A DNA stretch of 64,000 nucleotides from the human T2T-CHM13v2.0 reference genome, Homo sapiens, in the NCBI RefSeq assembly GCF_009914755.1, contig NC_060925.1. One strand, 5' to 3'. This document shows positions 33,047-60,034 of the stretch, in pieces (within the stretch, counting starts at the first letter, position 1; every line of letters begins with the position of its first letter). The position numbers and the translations under genes are program-made. The notes beneath the pieces are model-generated. The model searched no databases. It saw nothing but the letters and a program-made list of their open reading frames with translations, and was not told the origin of the DNA.

Positions 33047-35727
33047 TCAGTCCTCGGGTGGGATGCGCAGGGCAGAATACACCATCACCCGACTGTCCTC
33101 CTGCCGTCGGCCTGCAGAGGGGAAGGGAGGTGAGTCTTGGGCAGGGTGAGAGCAGAGCACTGACACAGGGGGAGTCCTGGACACAACAAGGGGGTCCCCA
33201 GGTGGTGGGGATAAGCGCAGATTCAAACCCACCAGTCACTGACTGGCTGAACCCAGGCTGCTCCTGGTAAAGCTTAGAGACTAACGGTCACAAAAGGACA
33301 AAGCAAAACCCTGGAGGTAGTGGGGTAGACCGACGAGAAGGAGACAGAGAATGTGGGCAATGGACCCGGGCTGGGGCTGGGCTCAGTCATGGGCAGTGGA
33401 CAGGCAGGTGGGATCTGTCAGGCGATCAGTCCAGGTAGTCAGTCCTTACACAAGAGGCTGCGCTGAATACTTCGGAGGGACCCTCCAGCTGTGATGAAGG
33501 CCCAGAGCCCCATGGAAACAGTGACTGCATAGATGGGCAGCAGGCTGGCCTCATACCAGGGGTTCAGGAATGTCTAGGAAGGAGGGTAAGAGTAGGAAAG
33601 AGATTAGATTCTCCCTCGACCTAATCCCCATATTCTCTCTGTACCTTTCTGACTCCCAGATATCTCTCTCAAATTCTCCAGTCTTTCCCTTCAGAGCACC
33701 AACATCTTGTGGTTAAGGGGACTTTTGATTTTCAGCTCCTCAGAAACTCAAAGGTTTCTGCCGCTCCTGCTCACCTCAGGCCCTCTGCATTACAGTTTGA
33801 CTAATCCTTTCAACCTCCTCCCCAGAGCAGGTGATAGAAATGATGCTGAGGTGAGAGACCTTGAAAGACTCACCTTTCCTCCTCCTCCCAGGTAAGTTAA
33901 AAATGTTAAGAAGTGAGGATACCCTTTCCCCCACATCCCACTCACCATTAAATGCTTTTCTCCCTAACTCAGGCCCCTGTCTCCAACTCACCAGTCCCGA
34001 TGTCAGTAGGTGACTCCCAACCACCAGGCCCAAAGCCCAGTACCGTCTCCTCTCACAGGCATCAAAGAACACAACTCCCCAAAAGGTATGGAGCAGGATA
34101 ATGGCTGCTGTCAGAAAGGCTGCAGGGAGGGAGATGGGGAGGAGATACATCCCTGATCTTCTCCCAGGCTCCTGAGATGTTGAGCCAAAGAAGTCTCTCA
34201 GGGAAGGCCAATAAATCAGATCAGGGACAAGGATGGATGGGGGGTAAAGGCTAGATAGAAGGTGGATCTTACCTGAAGTCAGGAAGTAATAGGGTGAGTC
34301 TCCATGGATCCCAACCACACCTGGCCCAAGTGCATCAGCCAAAATATTGATAACAGAGAAGACACCACTGATGATACCGAAGGAGAGACCAGAAACTGGG
34401 GGAAGGGAGGATCTCATCAATGTCAGAGATCACACTATTGCCTGTTCACCACTGACCCCTCCCCATTCCCGGTTACAATTCTTTCACATCTACTCTCCCT
34501 CCAGACCAACTTTCTTTGGAAGTGACGGATGAAGGAAAGTAAGAAGCCACTTAGAACATGTGGATATTTAGAGACTTCCCTAGAGGAGGGGGCTGTCCAA
34601 CTCCCTCCTCCAGTCCCTCTCCCTTGGCTCACCATAGGCCATCTGGCGGATGGAGATGGGTGATCTTCCGTCCTCACTCAGCGATGCTAACCCCTCATCT
34701 GCCTTCCTGGGGTGGGGTGGGGTAGGGGAAACATGAGGGAGGGCAGGGATGCTCCTTTCCCTCTAATGTCCTCCCTTAGTGCCTCCTCTTCCAAACCAGC
34801 ACCCAGGGGCTGCCCCACTTCCCATAGTGCAGTCCTTTGCCCCTCTCCCCTCCAGACCACTCCATCTTCTTACTTAAGCAGCTTGTAGTAGGCAAAGCGG
34901 AACACCTCCTGTAGAAGGACAGAGACAGCAGCACCAAAAATCAGGAGGCCGTACTGGAGCCGGGCATCTGACCGGTCGGTCACATGGACCAAGATGAACC
35001 AGACCACAGAGGCCAGGAGCAGGGAGACCAGCCAGAAAAATGCCCTGAGAAAAGACAGGGGCAGTGAGACAAGCAATAGTAGTGGGAGCCAGAGAAATCA
35101 AGGAGGGAAACCAGCCAAAGCTGCTTGAAAAGTGGAAGTTAGCCTTCCGGATGGTTAGGGAGACATGGACCAGGTAGGGTAACTGTCTCCACCAAGAGAC
35201 TCATCTGTAGAAAAGTGAACGCACTGGAAAGGGGAGAAATCTAATTAAAGAGTCTTCAGAGCGATGACAGCCAGAGTGTGCGAGCACGGAAGGGCGAGGT
35301 ATCCGTTCCTGGATCCTCCCCTAAGGCACCTGACTCGGCCTGCCTAGGTCAGCACAGCCCCCTCACGAGTCTCGGCCTTGGGCCTTCTCTGACGTCGCTG
35401 GGAGGAATATAGGAGGAATCTGTGAGATCCTTGGAAGGTGGAAACCAACTGCGGGAAAGGACAAATCTCCCAGACCCAACCCCTCACCTCCGCCCAAACT
35501 TCACCTCCGACTTATCGTCCCCAATTCAGGCTCCCAGGCTTGCCCCAGTTCCTCCAGCCCCTTCCGCACCTCTCTCTTCGACGCTCTCCCGCGTCTCCCG
35601 GGCCCTCTACTCACCCTGCGACCAGGATGATAACGCGAAGCGGGTCCCCAGCCACAGTGATCAAGAAAAGCGCGAAGGCCGGGCCGAACGCGACGAAAGT
35701 GCAGCCGAAAAACACCGCAGCCCCCAT
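33047..35727 (-). CDS. APH1A: Gamma-secretase subunit APH-1A, long isoform (265 aa, 7 exons)
   Basis: Exons 35727-35615, 35044-34874, 34706-34633, 34395-34273, 34119-33992, 33573-33450, 33111-33047; total 798 nt. Reads MGAAVFFGCTFVAFGPAFALF..., GLSFGIISG (GxxxG), LLHTFWG, ...RRQEDSRVMVYSALRIPPED*. Confidence 0.98.
33439..35727 (-). CDS. APH1A: APH-1A short isoform (247 aa): read-through of the last donor ends in ...SLLCKD*
   Basis: Same first five exons, with exon 6 extended to the TGA at 33441-33439; total 744 nt. Confidence 0.93.
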
Positions 35728-35899
35728 GGCTGGTCAGGTGGGAAGGGGGGTGGGGGCCTGACCAGGACAGGCAAATGGGAGGGGCGCGCCAGCTGGGGAG
35801 TCCGCGTGGGGTGGCAACGCGACCCCACGAGGGGCGCGGTGCAATGTCACCCCCAGACCCCGGGGAAGGGGAAGGGGGGGAACCGAAACCCCAAATGAA

Positions 35900-36200
35900 G
35901 GTCCGCGCCACTTCCTCTACGGAAGCCGAAGAGGGGACAAATCCCGGCCGCAGCCCCACGGCCACCTCCCATCTAATCCCCACCCCCGGAAGGCCAATGG
36001 AGAATCAGCGCGGGCGGAGCTGCTCGACCTGCTGGGAGTTGTAGTCGCCTTCCGAGGCCTTGACTTCGTCCTGGGAGTGGCTCGAGCCGGTTAATGGGGG
36101 TGGGCCGGGAATGGACCAGTCGAGACACCAATTCCAGGGTTCGGTTGCGCTTCCGTCGCTGTTTCCTTTCGTCACTTTGTGGGGAAAAGTGGTAGCAATC
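35900..36200 (-). promoter_or_regulatory. APH1A CpG promoter with ZNF143/THAP11-type, CCAAT, GC-box and ETS-like motifs
   Basis: ACTACAACTCCCAG on - at 36045-36032, CCAAT at ~35994, GGGCGG at ~36012, and CGGAAG motifs. Confidence 0.7.
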
Positions 36201-36694
36201 ATACCTCTTCTTGAAGGGCTGCAGAGGGGGTAGATCCTGTTTGAATCTAAGGGACAAATACAAAGAGAGCACAGGATGGGGCGCAGGGAGATAGGGACGG
36301 GTATTGTTCTTACTTGAATGAGAGGAAATGGGCTAGAGCTGCTGCCTAAGAGATGAAGATTACATTAAAAAGTAGGAGCTCTTCGGACAGACTAGTATAA
36401 TAAACATGGAATACAGTATATCGCTAATGAAGCCTTCATCTGTAATGACAAGAGAATCGGAGAGAAGCAAAAGGAGCCTGGAGAGAAATGTTAGGAAGGC
36501 ATTTTGAAAGAGTCCGGGAGTTTAAAAGCAATTAGAGCGATGGGGTTGAAGGAAAACGACACCCCCACCCCACCCCCGCCATAAATTCCTTTTATGTCAT
36601 ACTTCCTCTATTTATTTTCTGAAAAATGAACCTCAGTGGTGCGTTTTCCTGAGGCTGAGAGGGGTTGTATATTAGAGTGAATGAAAGTTAAAGT

Positions 36695-39163
<2,469 letters not shown>

Positions 39164-39737
39164 TCAGACAATGATGGGTAAATATTGTTCCTATTCTCTA
39201 TAGCTCCAGACAGACAGAAGAAAGGGATTCTTTTCAGTCTAGAAAAATGCTCACCCCTTCCTCAGAACATTTCCACTGTGACGAAAAGAGACTGATGAAG
39301 CCTCAGAGAGAAAGGCAACTCTGGGTGGTGATGGTAAGTCAGAGACAGTGAGAGGGAGGGTGAACTTTTTATGAGGCCTTGGAGGAAGGAAGGAAAGCCG
39401 GGAGAGGGGAAACTTCTTGGTAGGCTTATTTTTTATTTTTATTTTGGTAGTGACAGTGGGAGTCTTGAATGGATCTAATCTAGGGCAGGGGGAGCTTAAG
39501 AAACATGTTTGCATCAAAACCCCCTTTTGCCTCTCAATCTGGGCAGCTCTGGCTGGGGACCGGCAGTAACCGGAGATCTAGTCAGTCAGCCAGTAGGCGG
39601 GGAGTTCTGCCCCCTGGGAGGAGAAGAGTTGCTGCAGCTCCTTCCCTGCTTTGGAGGAGGAGGGGAGGCGGGGTAAGTTTGGTGGGAAACTCTGTAATTT
39701 CCTTTTTTACTTTCACAGCAATAGTGCAGAATCCAGA

Positions 39738-47160
<7,423 letters not shown>

Positions 47161-47820
47161 GTAAAATGAAAGAAGAGGGATCACATTTAGAAAAATCTTC
47201 TTATTCAGTCTTAAAGAAGTTTAGGAGATGCTGAGGCAGACTTTTGTGATGAGTCATTACTTTTTCTGAACTAAGAGGACTTCAGGATCTCCTAGAGCAG
47301 ATAGATGATGGGGTTGGGGGAATACTTCTCCAAGCTTCCAAAATGTCTGAACAATCAAAGCTAGTTCCAGCCTGGCCACGTTTCAAGTCATGGCGAATGC
47401 CAGAGGGCAAAGTGGGTGGGTCTTACAACCTGGTAGAGTCAAGAGGCAAAGTTCAGAGGCAGAACGGATGGCGGTTCTCTGATGTATGGCAGGGCGGGGG
47501 GAGAGAAGGGAAGAGAAAGCCGTATTATAGGAAAAGAATTTTTAAATTGGGATGCTAAATAACCATTGATCATAGAGAGATTCAGCAGGAGGTGAAAGGA
47601 CTGTGGAGGAGAGGGGTACACACACATCTTTCCCAGGAGCTATCACAGAGCAATCCCAGCTCAGAATATCTGGGGAGTTTCCATAGAGTGTGGGGGGCAT
47701 GAAGGGGTTTCTCGGGTCTCCTGACTCCTTTTATTTTCTTTCTTTCTCTGCTTTTTTAGGTGGAAGAAGGCTGCTATGACTCTTTGGATGGGAGTCTGGC
47801 AAGAGGAAATTGGAAGATAA

Positions 47821-47826
47821 AATAAA
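47821..47826 (+). terminator. C1orf54 polyadenylation signal (AATAAA)
   Basis: AATAAA about 60 nt into the terminal exon, whose acceptor is CTGCTTTTTTAG at 47759. Confidence 0.75.
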
Positions 47827-48699
47827 TAATAAGTGAAATAATCTGGTTACCATCTACTCCTTCATGAGTCTGTTCTAAAGTCACAACTAAAGAGAGCGCC
47901 AGGATTTAGAGGCAGCAAGCGTAGATTGGAAGGGGAGGTGGGTGACAATTGAATTAGAGGGCATTATGGACTGAATAAACCTGCAGTTTGGAGAAGACTG
48001 GAGAAGGGCACCCACAGACAACAGGTTTATTCACAGTCCATATTGGTAATTCTCTTGTTTTATTTTATTAAGTATGGTGTTGAAACAGTGTGCTTGGGGA
48101 AACGAGGTTGAGGTTTTAGAATCTTTTTTTCTTTTTATAAGAATAAGCACATTGTTAAAACATAAGGTAAAATATCAAAAACTACTTAGAATAGACTTAA
48201 AATATTCACACCTACCCACCCCTACCCACACCTCTGTCCAACAATGTGCCTTTTGCAGTTGGTAATTATGGCAGGGACAAACTCACTTAAATTTTTTTTT
48301 AATTCGCTATCCTCGGGACCCTAATTAGAATTGGGCTGCCCCCTTGCGGTCTCTCCGACGTCCTATCTTCAACCAGCTCACAGTCCTTGGGCCCTGCTCT
48401 CCTCTCCATTGTACTCTCAAAATGCAAGGCGCAACGACAATAGTAACGTCCCAGTTACTTCTGAGACTCTCTAAACTCTGGACTTGCCTCCCTCCCCTCC
48501 TTCAAAGTCTTTCGAATCTTCTCCAGCGGACAAATGAAGGGACTGAAGCTGGACAAAACCATAACCTAGGAGATCAGGGACCTACCCCATTCTGTTCCCC
48601 GTGCTTGGAATCAGATAATTTAGGACGCCGGGCCCGAGAAGCCTGGATAAAAAAGTCAGGAAAAACTGAGTTTCGTTTTGACCTCTAGCGTCGTGGCGG

Positions 48700-49660
48700 G
48701 CTGGCATCTGAGCTGGTAACGTGCGTGGTAGGTTATGTAAGAAAAGGGATGGAGGAGCCGCCCCAGCGGGAGCCAGAAAGGACGCGGTGTTCTCGGTTGC
48801 AATCCCCACCCTCCTCACCCAGCAGGGCAGGAGGCACCCAACTTGGAGGAGAAAGGGGTGGGGGAGGTGAAACAGAGACCGGAGAGTCACGAGGGCTGGG
48901 CCGCCGAGAGCAGGAGAATATACCGTGTCACACACCTCCATTCTCTCACACACGTTGCAGACACAAATCACTGACGGTTTCCACGTGCTGCGCTCGTGAG
49001 CGGAGGTGTTCAAAGAGGGGGCAGATGAGTTACTTCCCGAGACGGAACCGGGGGTCCCACGTCCGCCGCCTTCAGTAGCACAACCAATCTCTGAACACTC
49101 AAACCGCGCATCTCTGGCGCATCACCATCCTATTTAAGGCCACGGGCTCCGCCCTTTTCCTCCCCTCCCTTCTTTTCCACTCTTTTTCCATCCTCCTCCT
49201 TTTCTCATCACCGGGTCCTCTCCAGCAGCCGCATGTAGGGGAGGAGCACGGAATGCTTCCCTTACAGCCAATCATCACCTGGCTGCCTCTCTACTGGCTG
49301 AGCCCCTTTGTACTGTAGCAAATGGGCTATGGACTTCAGTAACTAGAGTCACGTGTTACCGGCGACACAACCAATGAGGGCGCGAGATCTGTGTAAGCAG
49401 GGGGAGGCACGTGCCGGGCCGCACGTGTCTGGGAGGGGGGGAAGGGGCGGGGCCCACTGAGAGAGGCGGAGGTGGGTAGATAGACCCGGAGAGACGGCGA
49501 AGGAGCTGGAAACCGAGCCAGGGCTGAGCCGGCTGACAACAGGTAAGGAGATTCGGAGGACAAAGCGAGCTGTTAGGGAGTATTTGGGAGTGGATTTGGG
49601 GGCTGAATGCAGATCTTGGTATTGGGAGGGTTTGCATCACGTGGCAGGTGCGAGCCCAGA
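48700..49660 (+). promoter_or_regulatory. CIART circadian promoter: five CACGTG E-boxes, two E'-boxes and a D-box; non-coding exon 1 donor at 49542
   Basis: CACGTG at 48982, 49350, 49408, 49422, 49638; AACGTG at 48718; CACGTT at 48951; TTATGTAA at 48733; CCAAT and GC boxes; CAG/GTAAGG donor. Confidence 0.85.
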
Positions 49661-50191
49661 GAGACCGGCGCAGGGATCCTGATCTTGAAAGATTGGGAGA
49701 GGGCAGGAGGCCAGTCTCTATGGGGGCGGTTCCCGTAGGATCACCAGGTGGGTTCGCGTGCCCAGATTGACTGCTTGTGGGTGGCATGGCCTCAGGTGGA
49801 GAGGCTTGCTGCGGACTCAGGCTGGCGAATAGCCCTGGCGAACAACGGGCGGAGGGGAAGGTGTCTTTCAAGTCGGTATTTACTCTGAACTGAGGGAAGA
49901 AAAGAACGGAGGCCGCGTCAGACCGAGAGCTGCTCTGCGGCGGCCAGAGAGGGAATCCCAAGCTCTTAATGGGCGGGGGTGGGGGTAGAAATGTCTTTTT
50001 CTATTGTGTTTGAGACCGGTAATATTGGGGAGGGGGAGAACAAGTATTATCCCACGCAGTACACCCCAATCTCCCAGTTCATTTCCTAATCCTTAAACTC
50101 CGGTTTCAAACTCCCTCGCTTTGCTCTTCAGTTGCAGGTTCCGATCTTTGGGTACTCCAGGAGCTGTTCTATAGCCCCTGCTTCTGGACCT

Positions 50192-53901
<3,710 letters not shown>

Positions 53902-54014
53902 CCCAGGGCATACAGCTGTCCACTGTGACTTCTAATTTGTGTAAATATTTATGTATATATGTATTTTTACTATTAATGTGTGCATTTGTGTTGAGGGAAG
54001 ATAAATCCTTTCTG

Positions 54015-54020
54015 ATTAAA
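54015..54020 (+). terminator. CIART polyadenylation signal (ATTAAA)
   Basis: ATTAAA 114 nt after the stop, following a U-rich UTR. Confidence 0.6.
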
Positions 54021-54432
54021 GAAATTTTTTTATACCTAAACAGTTTGCTGATTGGGGGAAATTGAAAACTTTCTGCTTCCAAAACCAATCCTTATCCTCT
54101 GAGCTGCAGAAAAGTAGAAAAGGGATGGGGATGTTTGTGAACATGAGCTCTACCAAGTTAGAGTCTGGATGACAATATAAGACTTATAGGAGAAGGGGAC
54201 TGTGCTGCTGTTTTCCTGGGACATCCTTGAAACAGTTACAGAGTTCAGAGTTGGGTTTATGGGGTTTTTTTGTTGTTGTGTTTTGAGATGCAGTCTCGCT
54301 CTGTTTCCCAGGCTAGAGTGCAATGACACGATCTCAGCTCACTGCAACCTCCGCCTCCTGGGTTCAAGTGATTCTCAGGCCTCAGCCTCCTGAGTAGCTG
54401 AGGTTACAGCCCATGCCACCATGCCCAGCTAA

Positions 54433-54615
<183 letters not shown>

Positions 54616-56748
54616 TGACACCTTTGTAATCTTCCAGCTGGCCCAGACTTGCAGGTTCTTCTGCTCCGGGCTAGCTCTTTGCTTTGATGGGAGCTGTTGA
54701 TGCCCGTGGTAAATGCATATGTAGGTTTCTGCTGCCAGAGGAAGAACACAAGAGCCAAAACAGCCACTGTGGTTGCCAGTTTTAAAGAGGAAAGGGCTCC
54801 TTAGAATTGTCAGACATGGGAACACCTCAAGACACTAGGCTTCATACTTACTCAAAAAGCTGCAGTTAGGTCAGGCGCAGTAGCTCATGCCTGTAATCCC
54901 AGCACTTTGGGAGGCTGAGGTGGGCAGATCACTTGTGGTTAGGAGTTTGAGACAAGCCATGGCCAACATGGTAAAACCCTGTCTCTACTAAAAATATAAA
55001 AAAATGAACCGGACATGGTGGTGGGTGTCTGTAATCCAAGGTACTCGGGAGGCTGAGGCAGGAGAATCACTTGAACCTGGGAAGTGGAGGTTTACTGCCC
55101 TCCAGCCTGGGTGACAAAATGAGACTCTGTCTCAAAAAAAAAAAAAGCTGCAGGTGCTAGATGTATGCTAGACTAAGGGAGGCAACTCAGAGTTAGAAGG
55201 AGGCAAAAATGAAGACCATGAATGGATCTATAACTGCCCTTCTTTGTATTTTATCCTCTTTCTGATGTGTCTCACTTTCCACCAAAACCATTTCCTCTCC
55301 CATCCTAATCCTGTGTAGGGCATCAGGCTTCTCTGACAACTTAGTCATTGCTTATTGGCTCTTTAGTGTGTTTCTCATAAGTAGTTACACATCTTTCCCC
55401 CATTTCTCAAGTCTTCTGTTCTCAGTGAATAATTGTCTCGCCTTATTTTCAGAGAGTATGACCTCCTTTTAAAGGCAAACCTATCCATTTGTGCTTCTGA
55501 TTACCTTCACCTCTGGAACTTTTGCTGTGTCACATATCCCCTCTTTATCTTGTAACTTCAGTTTGTCCCAACAATAATTATTTGTCCAAGTATCACAAGT
55601 ATGATCAGACCAGAGTGGTGGCAATGGAATGGTTTGATCACAAATATGATCAGATCCTTCCTCCTTGAAAACATCTCTTAAGGCTGATTGTCCTCTTATT
55701 TTCTCCATACTTCTTGACAATGTAGTCTATTTATACTCTTTCTGATTCCTTTCTGCCACTCAGTCCTTAACCCCTTGCAGCCTAGCTTCTGCTGCTTTCA
55801 CCTTGTTGCACCTTCCGAGGTCACTAATGAGCCCACAGAACCAGTATTATAATCTAGCTTCCACCTAATCAACAGCTATACCCTTTACAAAGGCTACGTA
55901 CATTATGCTCTCTGTATCATTTGACACTCGATGCTGCCTACTGAAACTCTCCGCCCTCAGATCCCATGACAGCACACTACCCTAATCCTCCTCTTACCTA
56001 TCTGGCAGCAATGTCTAGGTCTCTTAAGGGCCCCACTTCAACCTACTCCAAAGTGTGGGTGTTCCCCTAGACTCAGGCCTTGGCCCTTTTCTCTGACTAT
56101 ATCCTTTCATGGCTTTAATTATTGCTTCAACTTAGAAGACTGCTACAGCTTTATCTCTAGTCCCAATCTTTCCCCTGGGATGGCATACTGTTTAAATTTC
56201 TGTTGGACAGTTTTATTTACATATTGCTGGTACTTAAACATTATTGAAACTTTCAGTGTTTTAGAGCCAACATAAGCCTCTTGGCCGGGCGCTGTGGCTC
56301 ACGCCTGTAATCCCACACCAGAGGCAGGCAGATCCCTGGAGGTCAGGAGTTCAAGACCAGCGTGGCCAACATAGGGAAACCCTGTCTCTATTAAAAATAC
56401 AAAAATTAGCTGGGCGTGGTGGTGCACACCTGTAGTCCCAGCTACTCAGGAGGCTGATGCACCAGAATTGCTTGAACGCGGGAGGCGGAGGTTGCAGTGA
56501 GCTGAGATGCGCCACTGCACACCAGCCTGGGTGACAGAGTAAGACTCCCTCTCAAAAAAAAAAAAAAAATGCCTCTTGTATATCCAGTTCAACCCAACCT
56601 CCTCATTTGATACATAAAGAAACTTAGGGTCAGGTGCAGTGGCTCACACCTATAATCCCAGCACTTTGGGAGGCCAAGGCAGGTGGACCACCTGAGGTCG
56701 GGAGTTCAAGACCAGCCTGACCAACATGGAGAAACCCCATCTGTACTA

Positions 56749-56916
<168 letters not shown>

Positions 56917-58132
56917 TCAAAAAAAAAAAAAAAAAAGAAACGAAACTTAGGAGACTTATCTAGGACAACACAATATGTGGACAGAACTCAGTTTCCAGTC
57001 TGATGTGTTTTCCAGTAATCACCAATCAAATTATTCTTTCCTGAAAACATGTCCTGCTACCACTTTTTTTTCTTTTTTTTTGAGACAGAGTCTCACATGT
57101 CACCCAGGCTGGAGTACAATGGTGCGATCCCGGCTCACTGCAACCTCCGCCTCCTAAGTTCAAATGATTCTGCCTCAGCCTCCTGAGTAGCTGGGATTAC
57201 AGGCACCCACTACCACATCCAGCTATTTTTTGTATTTTTAGTAGAGATGGGCTTTCACCATGTTGGCCAGGCTGATCTTGAACTCCTGACCTCATGATCC
57301 ACCCACTTCGGCCTCCCAATCCCACGCCTGCTGGGATTACAGGCGTGAGCCACTGTGCCAGCCAGCTACCACTTTTTACAGTCTCCTCTTCTGTTAGTGC
57401 TATCTGTGGTATCACTAAGTACCATAGTTTTTTGTTTTGTTTTGTTTTTTCCTGGATAACTAGGCTTAAAATTTGGTGCCATCTGGTCACCAGATCCTTT
57501 TTATTCTTTATTTGGAATATCTCTTAAAATCCATTTCTTCCTATCCATTCCATTGCCACCAGTCTGGTCTAGACTTCACTGTACCAGTAGTCTCTCTTCT
57601 AATCCCTTTTCGCTGATAACCAAGTTAATTTTCCTAGAACAGTGCTTTGCATATCATATCCTATTCAAATTCTTCAATGGCTCTCGAATGCTTTGAGAAG
57701 AAAGTCCAAAATCTTTAGTCACAGTCTCTATTTTTCCCTGTGCTCCCCTGCATGATCTCTCTGTTGCAGGTTTTTGTTTTGTTTTGTTTTGACTCCTGAA
57801 CACTACACCTTTTTGCCCCTAAGCTCTTGTTCATGCTGTTCACCTTGCCAAACCTTTCCTGCTTCTGTTATCTAAACCCTGCCCTCTTTCAACGACTAAC
57901 TCAAGTCCATCCTATCATTCTTTCTGTTAAACATGATCTATACACTCAGTGTTTGGCCGTTTACTCCATTAAATGGAATCATGTACATAAAATACCTAGT
58001 GCAGGGTTTGGGGCCTGGTGGGGTGGCTCACACTTGTAATCCTAGCACTTTGGGAGACCAGCCTGGACAACATAGTGAAACTATTAAAAATACAAAAAAT
58101 TAGTCTCTACTAAAAATACAAAAAATTAGCTA

Positions 58133-58273
<141 letters not shown>

Positions 58274-58356
58274 TCAGAAAAACAAAAACAAAAATAAAAA
58301 ACACCCACCTAGTACAGGGTTTAGTATATAGTAGGCTCTCAAAAATGTTACTCTCC

Positions 58357-58656
<300 letters not shown>

Positions 58657-58849
58657 TAGCCAGGATGGTCTCGATCTCCTGACCTCGTGATCCACCCGCC
58701 TCAGCCTCCCAAAGTGCTGGGATTACAGGCGTGAGCCACCGTGCCCGGCATATCTTCATATTTTATTCTATTTGATTCCCATGACAAATTTCGTGAGACT
58801 GAACAGGGCAAAATTAGTCCCATTTTAGAGATGAGGAAATAGAGTTAGT

Positions 58850-59048
58850 CTGGCAAGGGCCAGATAGTAAATATTTTAGGCTTTGTAGGCTTTATGTCTC
58901 TATTGCAACTACCCAATTCGGCCATCGTAGCCCAAAGCAGCCATACATAACACACAGTCAAATAAGCATGACTGTAGGTCAACAGCCTTATTTACAAAAA
59001 CAGGTGGAGCAGGATTTGACCTGTAAACTGTAGTCTCCAGACCCCTGG
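58850..59048 (+). mobile_element. MER58A-like hAT DNA transposon fragment inside a MIR-like element
   Basis: AAGGGCCAGATAGTAAATATTTTAGGCTTTG...GCAGCCATA...TATTTACAAAAACAGG...GACCCCTG. The flanks (CCCATTTTAGAGATGAGGAAA / CTTCAAGGTCATAG) are MIR-like. Confidence 0.75.
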
Positions 59049-59195
59049 TTTTAAATGACTTCTTCAAGGTCATAGGCCTGATGAGTATTAGAATTGGGAT
59101 AGAATCCAGATCTCCCAACTTTGAAGCCAGTGCCTTTCACCACATTATGCTGTGGCATATTTTATTTATTATTTGTTTGTTTATTTATTTTTTGA

Positions 59196-59506
<311 letters not shown>

Positions 59507-60034
59507 TGAGACAGGGTCTCACTCTATTGCCCAGGCCAGGGTGCAGTGGTGTGATCAAAGCTCGCTGCAGCCTTGACCTTCCAGGCTCAGGTGATCCTCC
59601 CCCTCAGCCTCCCAAGTAGCTAGGACAACAGGCCATGCCACTACACCCGGCTAATTTCTATATTTTTTGTAAAGACGGAGTTTTGCTTTGTTGCCCAGGC
59701 TGGTCTCGAACTTCTGGGCTCAAGTGATCCGCCTGCCTTGGCCTCCCAAAGTGCTGGGATTACAGGTGTGAGCCACCGCGTCCAGCCCATATAATTTATT
59801 TTGCATTTATTATATACTACTTTGTTTTAGTATCTTTTATGTGGTCCTAGTGGTCCAGGAGGCACTAGAGTGGTATCAACAGTATCTGACACAGAGTAGT
59901 CATTCAGTGAAAGTTTGTTGACAAGCATAATAATGTCCCAATCTAGTTCTATTTCGTTACTTTGGACCTGGCTTACTCTGAGGTGGGCTTAAGTGTTAGT
60001 GTAAGTTATTAGCATCAACTGATGATGCACACGT

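Noticed and set aside
35422-36272. ORFs antisense to or overlapping APH1A exon 1
   Set aside because: Explained by the CpG island and the antisense of a coding exon; no independent coding evidence
39673-39718. GG/GTAAGT donor pairing with the 39718 acceptor
   Set aside because: It would define a 46-nt intron, below the usual minimum for the human spliceosome
49356-49961. 201-aa minus-strand ORF across the CIART promoter
   Set aside because: GC-rich promoter sequence with a Pro/Ser-rich low-information translation and no family match
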